DNA from: Octopus bimaculoides
Lineage: Eukaryota
Assembly: GCF_001194135.2 (NCBI RefSeq)
Contig: NC_068986.1
Span: 38,995,793 to 39,059,792, forward strand
Reading direction: 5' to 3'
DNA: 64,000 nucleotides
In this document: in pieces, positions 53,935 through 64,000 of the stretch
Layout of the letters: every line of letters begins with the position of its first letter
Position numbering within the stretch: position 1 is the stretch's first letter
Program-made: the position numbers and the translations under genes
Notes under the pieces: generated by a model
What the model saw: only the letters and a program-made list of their open reading frames with translations
Told to the model about the DNA's origin: nothing
The model's database searches: none

Positions 53935-54867
53935 GTGAGAAAAGTTTAAAATAATTATTCTATGTATTGTATTTTCATGATGCATGTCTTCATTTTATTG
54001 ACCCACACTCTTTGTGTCATATACATTGCCTTGCATTTTATTTACTGTTTAGCATTTAAATTATCAAATCCAACCTGTGTAAAGATAGTTCCATCTGTTC
54101 AAACTAGCCTGTTATGGGAGAATCCTGAACACCCCCACATGACTGAAGGTGGACTAACCGATTACAATAAATAAGAGATGAGTGAACTATCAGAGAGGAT
54201 AGTTGATGGTGTTAGTTTGACTGTGTTGGTTAACCCTGTTAGTATGACATGTGTTGGTTTAGCAGTTAGTAGTTGAATAGTGAATACTGAGTATCATACC
54301 TATGTTCGAGTAGTACAGAGTGCATTCTGTGTTAACATACATTTCTGTGATAGTTTATTTTTAGATAACTACAACCAACGATTTATTTGCATAATAGCAT
54401 TTTTACACCAGACGTATATACCTATGTCATAACATAGCCACACTCAACTATATTGATATAGTAGCTCTACTGGATGGACTCATTTCTGCCATAATAACAC
54501 AAAGAGTTTTGGTGTTTTTAGTCTTAAGTTTCTATCACACTTATATGACTATATTTTGTGTTGGTGGCTCAATAAAAATGCAATGAGTCCAAATTAAAAA
54601 TCGTTTGGTGACAGCAACAACATGGACTATATGTGGTACCACTGTACAGCTGTCTACTAATATTGTTGATGGACATGCAGCATGTCACTGGCATTTCACA
54701 TATGAAGTCCAGGATTATGTGAAAAAGTGTGAAGACCGTCGATTGACTTTTTTCCTTAAAGGTATTAAAAAATTATTTGGTTATTATAAAGAGAAATGAA
54801 TGATAGCATGCTATATTAAACAGATGTCCAATACAATATAGCTCTCAGAAATAGACCACAGGCAAAT

Positions 54868-55070
54868 TTGTTCTTCACAACATCAGGAGCTGCTTTCAGA
54901 TATGATCCATCCCAGCCTTATAAAAACAATAATTCTGTACAAATGGGTGTGTTACACTCAAATTGTCGTTTCTGCAAAGCTTTCAAATTTCCAAATGAAA
55001 TTAGTGGCATGTGCTGCTCAGGCGGTAAGGTAAGATTGCCAGCACTACCAGCTCTTCCTCAACCTCTTTC
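54868..55070 (+). mobile_element. Helitron Rep/helicase N-terminal fragment
   Basis: AFRYDPSQPY...VQMG...CRFCKAFKFPNEISGMCCSGGKVRLPALP is a typical Helitron zinc-binding segment. The surrounding 54000-54870 probably belongs to the same element. Confidence 0.75.
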
Positions 55071-55476
55071 GACAGTTCACTTCCCCGTCACTGTCTCCCA
55101 TTACAGCCCATTTCCAGAATGTACCCATTTATGTACAATTTCTCCATTACACCTCCATTCATTTGACTGTTAACCATACAATGGGTCGTGTTACACGCAG
55201 CACTGACCGCCTCCAAGGCGAGTATATCCACTGACAGCTAATCGGTGGGTTCAAAAATTACACACCCCCACTCCAGTTTTCCACGCTAGGTTAGAGCATG
55301 GAATCCTCCAAACGGTTGTATTACATGTCGATTAGTCGAATTAGACCATCATTTACTCTACAAATGTTTTGTCGTCAGTGCTGCACTTTCCCGTATCACC
55401 TGTTTCCACATAACTGTAATATATATAAACAAACTATACTATTTTAATCCCGAGCAATGCCAGGTATCTCTGCTAG

Positions 55477-55477
<1 letters not shown>
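55070..55477 (-). mobile_element. Non-autonomous ACTAG-starting element (Helitron/Helentron-like)
   Basis: Minus strand begins (TA)n-ACTAGCAGAGATACCTGGCATTGCTCGGG; a related start, ACTAGCTGGTGTACCCGGTAATTCCTGGG, occurs on + at ~50009. The class is inferred. Confidence 0.45.
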
Positions 55478-55513
<36 letters not shown>

Positions 55514-56370
55514 TTGTGTGTGTGTCTGTCCTCTTACCATTGCTTGACAACCGATGCTGGTGTGTTTACGTCCTCATAACTTAGCAGTTCGGCCTAAGAG
55601 ACCAATAGAATGAGTACTAGGCTTACAAAGAATAAGTCCTGGGGTCGATTGTTCAATTAAAGGCGGTGCTCCAGCTTGCCACAAATGACTGAAACAAGTA
55701 AAAAAAATAAAGAATATACAAAGATTGGTTGTTTTCTCTGTTGTGTTAGATGACAACAGACAGTGGCAAGAGTGAAATATTATGCTGGAATTGTCCTATC
55801 TAACCCATACCAGCAAGTAAACATTGCAAAATGACAATAATGAAAATAGCATCAAAGAGATACATTGCCTTTTAAAATTTTTTTTTAAAGTCTTGAGTAA
55901 ATGTCGACCCTTTAAAAGGTGAGGAATTTTCTACTATGAAGAATGGCTCCTGTATTTGTGATAATGCATTTTGGTCATAGGTGTAGTAGACTACATTAGG
56001 AAGCTAAACACGTATTTGATACTTCAGTGTCATGTTATGTATATTTCCTCAAATACTACAAGAAACTTTGCTTTTTGAAACTTACCAGCTGCAGTCTTTG
56101 ATTGGAACCAACCCATTGCACCTTGAAAATTAATTATGATCTTGGTCTGATTTAGGCATAGTCAACTGTACAACTTCCACAAAAATAATACATAAAAAAA
56201 AAGTTAAGGCATTTAGAAAGACCTCCCCAGATTGCTAAAGTAAAATTTCAGCTGTTGGTCTTTGTTGCTATTAATCAAGTCATACACTGAGAACTAAAAA
56301 TGATAGCATGTGATTTACTAATGAGAGTGAAAACAAACTGACCATTTACTCTTTTTGTCTTTATTAACAG

Positions 56371-56478
56371 GCTGAGCAGGGGTTTTCATGTCTCACTGGT
56401 TTGGACTATTCTGAAAATGCTATAACCTTTGCCAAAGCAGTTGCTAAAAACAAAAATATTAACCATATTACTTTTGAG
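56371..56478 (+). CDS. EEF1AKMT2: EEF1AKMT2 coding exon 4
   Basis: TTAACAG|GCT GAG...TTT GAG|GTAAGA = AEQGFSCLTGLDYSENAITFAKAVAKNKNINHITFE, containing the post-I motif LTGLDYS; phase 0/0. Confidence 0.93.
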
Positions 56479-56537
56479 GTAAGAACATTTTTCAGTTAAA
56501 ATTAATGTGGTAGCACTGTCATGTCTTTCTTTTTTAA

Positions 56538-57368
56538 CCCTTGATCTACCAGAGAAAATGTATGTCACTAATTACCAACTGGGTTCAATGGACCCAATAA
56601 TTTTCTTTTAATTAAATTTTATTCAAACTACCACTATTTCTTAGCTACATTATATATGCTATCAGGTGAATGAAGAATTACTGTTTCTCACAAATTTAAT
56701 AAAAAAAATACAGCTTACAGAATATATTATAAATTTTAAAAATTACAAAAATACAGAATTACAGCTCTTCATGGCAGGGAATGCAGACAACATTGGAATG
56801 TTCTTGGCAAACGTGGATATTACAACTCTTACATGTAGTACTGGTTTTCCTGTCTTTTCTGGGGCCACGCAAAAAACATCTTCCTATTTTCTTTGGTTGA
56901 GGAATCTCAAATGAGGTTGAAGATCGTCTTCTTTTCTTGTTTGGTTGAGAAATGTTAGCGGATCTAGAAAATTGTTTGTCATGTTCTTGTTTAGCATTAA
57001 CTCCATCAAGTTCCTTTCCTAACTGAATTAGGCACTGTCTTCTTTTATCCTTGAAACTTCGCAAGTGAAGCTGTTTGGCAACAATGAAAGCGTTCACTGC
57101 ACTTATATCAATCATGTTGTAGAATATAGCCATAGGCCATCTTCGAGTCATTCTTTTGCAAGTGTATGTCCTTACCATCTTATCTGGGGTATCTACTCCT
57201 CTTTTCAGCACTTTTTGAATCAATTGAAGGCTGAGAGTGCATTGTACTCATAAGTGTGACTACAGAATTTTTCTTGGGACAATAAGATAGGATCATAGAA
57301 TCCTTTTGAAATCCAAGTATTGTGCTGTTGCTTTCTCTTTCTTTTCCATTTGTGAAAGCACTTGGAAG
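56538..57368 (-). mobile_element. piggyBac transposon remnant (3' part with cysteine-rich domain) in an EEF1AKMT2 intron
   Basis: TTAA|CCC terminus at 56534-56540. ORF 56759-57223 contains GVDTPDKMVRTYTCKRMTRRWPMAIFYNMIDISAVNAF and a C-terminal Cys/His cluster; an upstream frame gives LGFQKDSMILSYCPKKNSVVTLMSTMH. It runs into the N gap. Confidence 0.9.
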
Positions 57369-57575
57369 NNNNNNNNNNNNNNNNNNNNNNNNNNNNNNNN
57401 NNNNNNNNNNNNNNNNNNNNNNNNNNNNNNNNNNNNNNNNNNNNNNNNNNNNNNNNNNNNNNNNNNNNNNNNNNNNNNNNNNNNNNNNNNNNNNNNNNNN
57501 NNNNNNNNNNNNNNNNNNNNNNNNNNNNNNNNNNNNNNNNNNNNNNNNNNNNNNNNNNNNNNNNNNNNNNNNNNN
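57369..57575. other. Assembly gap (others: 8920-9019, 12041-12465, 25426-25583, 33926-34050, 42342-42351, 43203-43212)
   Basis: Runs of N. All poly-X ORFs in the supplied track are artefacts of these gaps. Confidence 0.99.
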
Positions 57576-57766
57576 CCTTCAAAAGAAATATCAAGTATGC
57601 CATGATAAAGGTACATTTGATGCTATTTCTTTGATGCCAGGAGAATTTGAGCATTTTAAAAATGCTTACATTGCAGCAGTAAAACAAATTTTGGTAGACT
57701 CAGGCATTTTTATTATAACTTCATGTAACTGGACTGAAAAACAGCTGCTAGAACATTTTAAAGGAG
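57576..57766 (+). CDS. EEF1AKMT2: EEF1AKMT2 coding exon 5 (5' part lost in the N gap)
   Basis: LQKKYQVCHDKGTFDAISLMPGEFEHFKNAYIAAVKQILVDSGIFIITSCNWTEKQLLEHFKG-G|GTATGT, with the family motifs DKGTFDAISL and ITSCNWT. The acceptor lies inside gap 57369-57575. Confidence 0.93.
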
Positions 57767-59074
57767 GTATGTATTTATTATGCAATTACTGATCTTTTCT
57801 TTATGTTCATTCCCCCCCCCCCAACTTGTTTGAAATACAATGAGTCTATAGATAGTGGTCTGTGGTGTGACCATCTAAACAACTCGTATCAGAAGGCTGA
57901 ATTAATACATATAATGTGCCAGTTGGAAAAGAGAGACACAACTGAGTAGAAGGTTTGGAGAACATTTATTCATATATTTACATGCATCTGAGTGGGTTGC
58001 ATGCATAGCTTAACAATATCATTGGCAGAGTCAGAGTTTTTTATTATTAATCCATTATCTTATCCATCCAGTCATTGTTGTATCACTAGTTGTTTCAGAT
58101 AAAGGGCTTCCACTAAGAAATGTTTTCTCAATTGATGATGAAATAATTATTACTATAAATTGACATATTAGTTATTATACCTCATTTCAAGATGGAAAGC
58201 TGAAATGGAAAATGATGATTTGTTCTTTGAATCTGAATATCTTGTTGACTGCCTACTCATGCAAAAACAAAATAAGTAAACATCTATTTTTAAAATTTCA
58301 TTTATTTATTTTCACATACAACATATTCTTTTATATTGCTTCAGCTCTAAGGCTGTGGCCATGCTGGAGCACTGCCAATAATATATACACACACTTTTAA
58401 AACTGATGTTTCACTCTTTGCATTTGTTTCCTTTTTTCCATGCAAATGAATGCCTAAATCTTGGAATTCAGATTTATGACAATAAACCATCTACTCTGAA
58501 CTAATAAATTCTACATGTTTTGCATACTCTTTCTCTTTTATAAGCATCCAAGCACATATATAATCCACTTTCACATTGTCTGCTTATTGGTGGAGCTATA
58601 TGTGATATTTTCCTGAATGTAGTTTGGTGCATCAGGTTTCAAGCTCGATAAGTACCAGTGCTATGGTAGTAGTAAGTAGGCGCAGTGGAAATTCAAATGT
58701 TTAATTGGCCTGTATAAAATATGTTCAGATTCATGGAAATCACTTTACTGTAACTTGTCTGTTCCCATAGGCATTATGTCTAAAACTATAAGCTTTTAAA
58801 ATGTGTGCACATGCATTTCAGAAAACTTAAACAAGTGACATAATGATGAATTGAACCTAGTGACTCAAGATAAAATACACATTGTTGGCTATACTCATCT
58901 TTTAGTACGAGCAAAATGAGCGCAATTAGACTATGTCTCTGGCTTGAGGATAACTTGATATTTTAATGCATTGCTAGAGTTGTGATCCTATTCTTGGCTA
59001 GGAGACCCTGGACATGCTATAGCTGTCCTTTGTCCTCTGATACATTTTAACCTATAACATTTTTCTTTTTACAG

Positions 59075-59166
59075 ATTTTCATCTAAAAGAAGTCATTCCA
59101 TCACCAAGTTTTCAGTTTGGAGGATTATCAGGTTCTAAATACACTACACTAGTTTTAATAAAATAA
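59075..59166 (+). CDS. EEF1AKMT2: EEF1AKMT2 terminal coding exon
   Basis: TTTTTACAG|AT TTT...AAA TAA = (D)FHLKEVIPSPSFQFGGLSGSKYTTLVLIK*, matching the family C-terminus P.F.FGG..G; phase 1 agrees with exon 5. Confidence 0.93.
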
Positions 59167-59515
59167 TATCTATAAATTTGTATTTTCTTTTTTTTAATTA
59201 TTTGGTTGTTTTAATTTTATGGCATTATACTCTCATATCCAGCTTTGTGAATTGAGTAAATTTTTAAAAATCAGTTTTCTAGTTTGGAAAATATGAAAAT
59301 ACATTAAAAACTGAATTATAAGGAACATTATTTGTTCTAAGTAATAGTTAGATATCAGAATTATTCCCCTGAAAGGTAACCTTATTGCCTGCCAAGTACT
59401 TATTTGCTTCACAAGTGGAGACAGTTGTAAATTTTGTGTGCTTATATGTTACTGCTCAACTTGCTACAAATGGCAGCATAAAAACACTTCTACAAATCAT
59501 ATCCTAATACCTTAA

Positions 59516-59736
59516 CCCTTTCGTTACTGTATTTATTTTGAGATGCTTTGTGTTTCTTTCAATTACTTTAAATATAACAAAGAATTTAGTAAAATAACTT
59601 AGTTATCATTCAGCTAGTGTTAGGAACATAAACTGTGATTAAGTTTTGGTGGAAGATTTTAATTCAAAACTTAATGAAAACAAGACATTTGTACTCAGAG
59701 CCAGAGCCAGTTTCAGCCAGGTTGGTAACGAAAGGG
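59516..59736. mobile_element. piggyBac-type MITE
   Basis: TIR CCCTTTCGTTAC / GTAACGAAAGGG; TTAA on the left and TTGA on the right. Confidence 0.8.
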
Positions 59737-60769
59737 TTGAAGTGTAATGGATAGGATGGTCATTCCTAGAATGGCTTTGATCATAGGGCTGATCAACCAA
59801 GGCTAAACAACAACCACCTCATTAATTACTAATCTCTCTCTTTCTCTCCATACTTAGTGATCACCAAACCCTTGCTCATGACATAAGCACAGCCTTTGGC
59901 AAAAACTTCATTGCTGTATTGCTAGATTGAGCTCTTTCTGCATCATCTGGATTGGAAGTTGACACACTGCTCCACTGCAGTGTGGAAGTTGGAAAAAGTC
60001 TTTTCAACTATGGCACACTCCAATACTTTTGTTTCTGAACATTAGCTATTTTCTTCTCTTCCAGATACTGCTGACCATGTACACTTTATAGATAATAGTA
60101 GCCTTCATAATTTATCAACAACATAAACTTCAGAAATATCTTTCAATGAGGACTTGACTGTCCTCTCTCTATCAACTATATAATTGTTACACATTATATA
60201 AAATAAAACACAAGATTCGTAATAACTGATGGTATTTTCACATATATAACATTGCTGAAATCACATTCCAAAGATTGTGTATCCTCAGGGTTTCTACAAA
60301 GTTCAAATAGAATCCATGAATCCTGTTCACATAAACAAGAATTGCATACCTGCTATACAGACACATATTGAAGTGCATTTCCTAAAAAGCCATCTAGTAG
60401 CTGACTAGCTAAAATTCACTCATTCACATGCTACAACAATTGACTCATACAGGTTTCTTCTATTTTTACCTTCTTGTTCTCTGCACTAGCTAGCAGCACT
60501 TATCTTCCCCAATTGGATTGATATTTCTCTCCTATTGTGTCAGTTAGACCTCACTCAGTCTTATCTCAATGGAATTGCTACTCTCTGAAATTGCCATTTT
60601 TCTCTGGAGATTATAAATCTTCATAATCTTGCGAGTCTGTAAGAAAATGAGGTAATGAGAATCCGCACCCCTTCTGACTAATTCATCATCGTTTCAATGC
60701 CTACTTTTCTATTGGACAAGCAGAATTTATGCAGCCAGATGCTCTTCCTGATGGCATCCCTCCTATTTT

Positions 60770-61400
60770 TGTCATCATTTAGCGTCTCCTTTCTATGCTG
60801 GTATGGGTTAGACAGTTTAACTGAAACTGGTAAGCTGTTGGGCTACACCAGGTTTCAATCTTATTTGGCATAGTTTCTATGGCTGGATGTTCTTCCTAAT
60901 GCTAGCCACTCCAAGAATGTAATGGATGCTCTTTATGTGCCAGTTACATGACACCAGCATCAGCCATGACTACAATTTCACTTGGCTTGACGGGTCTTCT
61001 CAGGTGTGGCATACTACCAAAGGTCTCGGTCACTTTATTGCCTCTGGGCGGTCCAATGTTCGAAGATCATGCCTCACTACCTTGTCCCATGACTTCCTGG
61101 GACTACTCCTTCCTCAGAGATCAGCACTTCTTTACACAGCTGTCCTCCTCTATATGCATCACATGACCATACTGACACAGTCATCTCTTCTAAACTGCAT
61201 TTGATGCCTTTTATGCCCAACTTTTCTTTCAAGATGCTTACACTGTTGTACACATACACTGACATTGCACATCCAGCAAAGCATACTAGCTTCATTTCTT
61301 TCAAGCCTACGCATGTCCTCGTCAGACACAGCCCATGTTTCACTGCCATGTAAGCATGGCTGTTCACACAGGTAGTGAATGCTGAATTATTCAATAATTC
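60770..61400 (-). mobile_element. RTE-clade LINE 3' end with its (GAT)-type tail
   Basis: Minus translation TAMLHGSETWAVSDEDMRRLERNEASMLCWMCNV... The 3' tail resembles the (GAT)n-tailed SINEs in this window. Confidence 0.75.
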
Positions 61401-61409
61401 TAGACAGAT

Positions 61410-63770
61410 TGTAACAAGTTGGGTGAGGTAGAATAAGATAGTTTCAGGGTGGATCAATTAAAGATAGAATGATATTTATGTTGCCGAGGGAAGTTAGAGT
61501 CTAGTATTTTAAAGAAGGATTTAGCTAAATTCTTAACGTTAAGTGAGAATGGGTGTGTGTACTACAGAATAGAGCGTCCACCTCTACTACACTGGGAGTA
61601 GTACTATCTAAGTTTTTAGATAAAGGAATGCTATCTATATTTTTGGAGAAGGTATCTGGGTGGCGAGGCCTGTTGTTGTTAGTTGTTTTGGTTGTTTTCG
61701 TTTTTGACTTAGTGTTAAATGAATGTGTGTGGGGTCTAGGTTGCCTAGGTGTAAGACCTTCCAGGGTTCCATCGACGAGTGTGTGTGGTTGGTTGCGATT
61801 GCGATGGTTGGTGCATAGTTGAGATGTGATTTGAGATATGTATTGCTTGAGCCTGGTGTTATGGATGTATTCTATTTGTTGGAAGAAGCCACTAGCGGGG
61901 TGTACTTGATTATAATATGGTGCGTGATTATTGAAAATTTCCTCAGTGGAAGAGAGGTCCGATATGCAGGTTGAGATGCCCGTGATTATGTTATCGAAAG
62001 TGGATTTGTGGTGATTGGAGTGGATGTTAAGGTATTTAAGATATTGGTTAGGTTTGTGATAAGGGGAGTATTGGGAGGTTGATAAGTTTAAAGTTGCATC
62101 AAGAAAGTTAGCAGTTTTGTGAGCATTTTCAAATGTGATAGATAGGTTTAGCTTAGTGAAGAATTTATGTAGATCCTTTCTAGTTCTCTCTAAGGAGGAT
62201 TTATTTATGCTTTTGGTAACTAATAAAGTGTCGTCCCTGTATAGGCCTCCCTTGATGTTAGGGAAATGTATAAGGAGCTGATACAGTATATATAGTCCAA
62301 CTAAGTCAGTGACCTGAGCTGAATCAGATGATCCCATGGTTATGTCGAATAAGTTGCTATGTTTATTGGCCCAGCACCAGAATTTACTTTCAAAAGAAGT
62401 AAGGGTTTTGCGGGCACTAAGTATTATGTTAATTTCTAGTGGGGTTAGGTTAGTAATTATTTATGTCGAATTGTAGGAAGGAATATGAGTTTTTGGTTCT
62501 TAGAAGGTGGAACCATGTAATAACTTCACCAGTGTGGGACCATAGGTTAACGTTTAATTTGTCCTTGACATCATCATCATCATCATCGTTTAACGTCCGC
62601 TTTCCATGCTAGCATGGGTTGGATGATTGGACTGGTGAAACTGGATGGCAACATCAGGCTCCAATCTGATTTGGCAGAGTCTCTACAGCTGGATGCCCTT
62701 CCTAACGCCAACCACTCAGAGAGTGTAGTGGGTGCTTTTATGTGTCACCCGCACGAAGGCCAGTCAGGCGGTACTGGCAACGGCCACGCTCAAAATGGTG
62801 TATTTTATGTGCCACCCGCACAAGAGCCAGTCCAGGGGCACTGGCAACGATCTCGCTCGAAAATCCTTACACATGTCACGGGCACAAGTGCCAGAAAGGC
62901 GACGCTGGGCATGGGTGCTATCCCGATTTCGCTTTCGCTTGCGCCAATAAGTCTTCGCAAGCTGAGTTTCGTGTCCAATGACGGAGGTATTATTTTGTCC
63001 AAAATTTTTTTGCTTATCCTTCCTCGGTTGGATTTGGTGGGGCACATTAGGCGTATTGAAGATTTGGTAATAAAGTCCTTCTTGCGATCCTTGAGGTTAA
63101 AGTGTGGAGATGCAGGGCAGTATGGTTCAGTTCGGTCACCCACTTGTAATTTCCTCATAAGTTTGCAGTGGTTGGTGTTGATTTCATTTAGGGAAGATGT
63201 TGGTACCAGCTTGTAGGATTTGTTGAATTCTTTCTTTATGAATTTATTGTATTCCTCAATGGTAACGGGGTACATATTTCTTGTTTTATCCAAGAAGACA
63301 TGTAATTTGGAGGATGCAATGATCCGTTTTATGGTGTTTGAGAGCTTTTTTTGAAAGGGGGATTTATAATTAGAGAATTTAATGTTTCTAATTAAATTAA
63401 TCATATCCGCTTCAAATTTTTCAAGATGGGAGTTGCATGGAGGGTTCTTATATGATTTGAGGTTGCAGCTGTTGGTATTATTGTCAGTTCTGCATTTTTG
63501 ATAGTCGTGGAAGAAAGCCTTCCATCTCATTCTTTGGATGAGGTCCTTAGTTTTGGTAAGAAGGAGTAAGAGGAAAGTCTTTTGTGAAGGAATAGGTGTG
63601 TCCTTAAGAGAAATGCCAAGGAATTGTTTATCCATTACTGAAGCTTTACCTGAGATAAGTGCTTATAATAGCAAGAAATGGAGATTATAAGAGGTAATGG
63701 TGTCAGTTAGAGCCAAAGGTGTCAGGTAATGCTGAGTAAGTGCTATGGATAGACCATAGTTAAGCTCCAG

Positions 63771-63775
<5 letters not shown>
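61410..63775 (-). mobile_element. Penelope-like retroelement (N-terminal region and RT), interrupted and 3'-truncated
   Basis: ORF 62805-63635 (LIQRMRWKAFF, DKTRNMY, IRLMCPTKSN) and ORF 61525-62337 (ITMGSSDSAQVTDLVGLYIL, GLYRDD, NFLDATLNL, PYHKPN), followed by FSLNVKNLAKSFFKILDSNFP...LKLSYS. No GIY-YIG domain was seen. Confidence 0.9.
62570..62978 (-). mobile_element. (GAT)n-tailed SINE or LINE-tail family (representative copy, inserted in the Penelope ORF; others ~4670-4870, 18420-18700, 20560-20830, 28255-28550, 30540-30730, 42860-42980, 45520-45750, 51925-52033)
   Basis: Shared CCAACCCATGCTAGCATGGAAAGCGGACGTTAAACGATGATGATG tail; candidate TSD TGAC at 62566-62569 and 62979-62982. Confidence 0.85.
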
Positions 63776-63806
<31 letters not shown>

Positions 63807-64000
63807 TCGTAAATATACAGGGATTAGCATTGAGTTGCTTCTCCAACATACTGAAAATTTAGAAATAGCAGTCAAAAAACTACTGATTCTAAACTACAAA
63901 TTTTTCTCTAAATGGATGGCGATATTTATGGCGCACATAGAACAAAGAGACACTTTCAGATTTATCAGAATATTGGGCTGATGAGACGGAATAGATTAAT

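Noticed and set aside
62614-63216. 200-aa plus-strand ORF and overlapping shorter ORFs
   Set aside because: SINE sequence plus the antisense of the Penelope ORF; no recognizable protein.

Overview
AT-rich, repeat-dense animal genomic DNA. The SINE and microsatellite content looks like a cephalopod (Octopus); this is inference. Two housekeeping genes sit head-to-head about 10.5 kb apart. Rab7 is on the minus strand: a non-coding exon 1 at ~13951-14020 and a first coding exon at 10861-10913 (MASRKKVLLKVIILGDSG); its other exons were not found and presumably lie left of the window. EEF1AKMT2/METTL10 is on the plus strand with six coding exons from 24539 to 59166, one partly hidden by an N gap. 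Most of the rest is transposon sequence: two Tc1/mariner copies, piggyBac, Mutator, hAT and Helitron remnants, RTE, R4/Dong and CR1/L2 LINE ends, a Penelope element, several MITEs and at least four SINE families. The most notable signals outside the genes are (i) several minimal hammerhead-ribozyme-like motifs, one in a fold-back and one degenerate copy attached to a tRNA-headed SINE, (ii) a 150-nt stop-containing candidate poison exon in frame with Rab7, and (iii) an inverted pair of young SINEs inside an EEF1AKMT2 intron. Exon coordinates were counted by hand; repeat boundaries are approximate. No database search was run.
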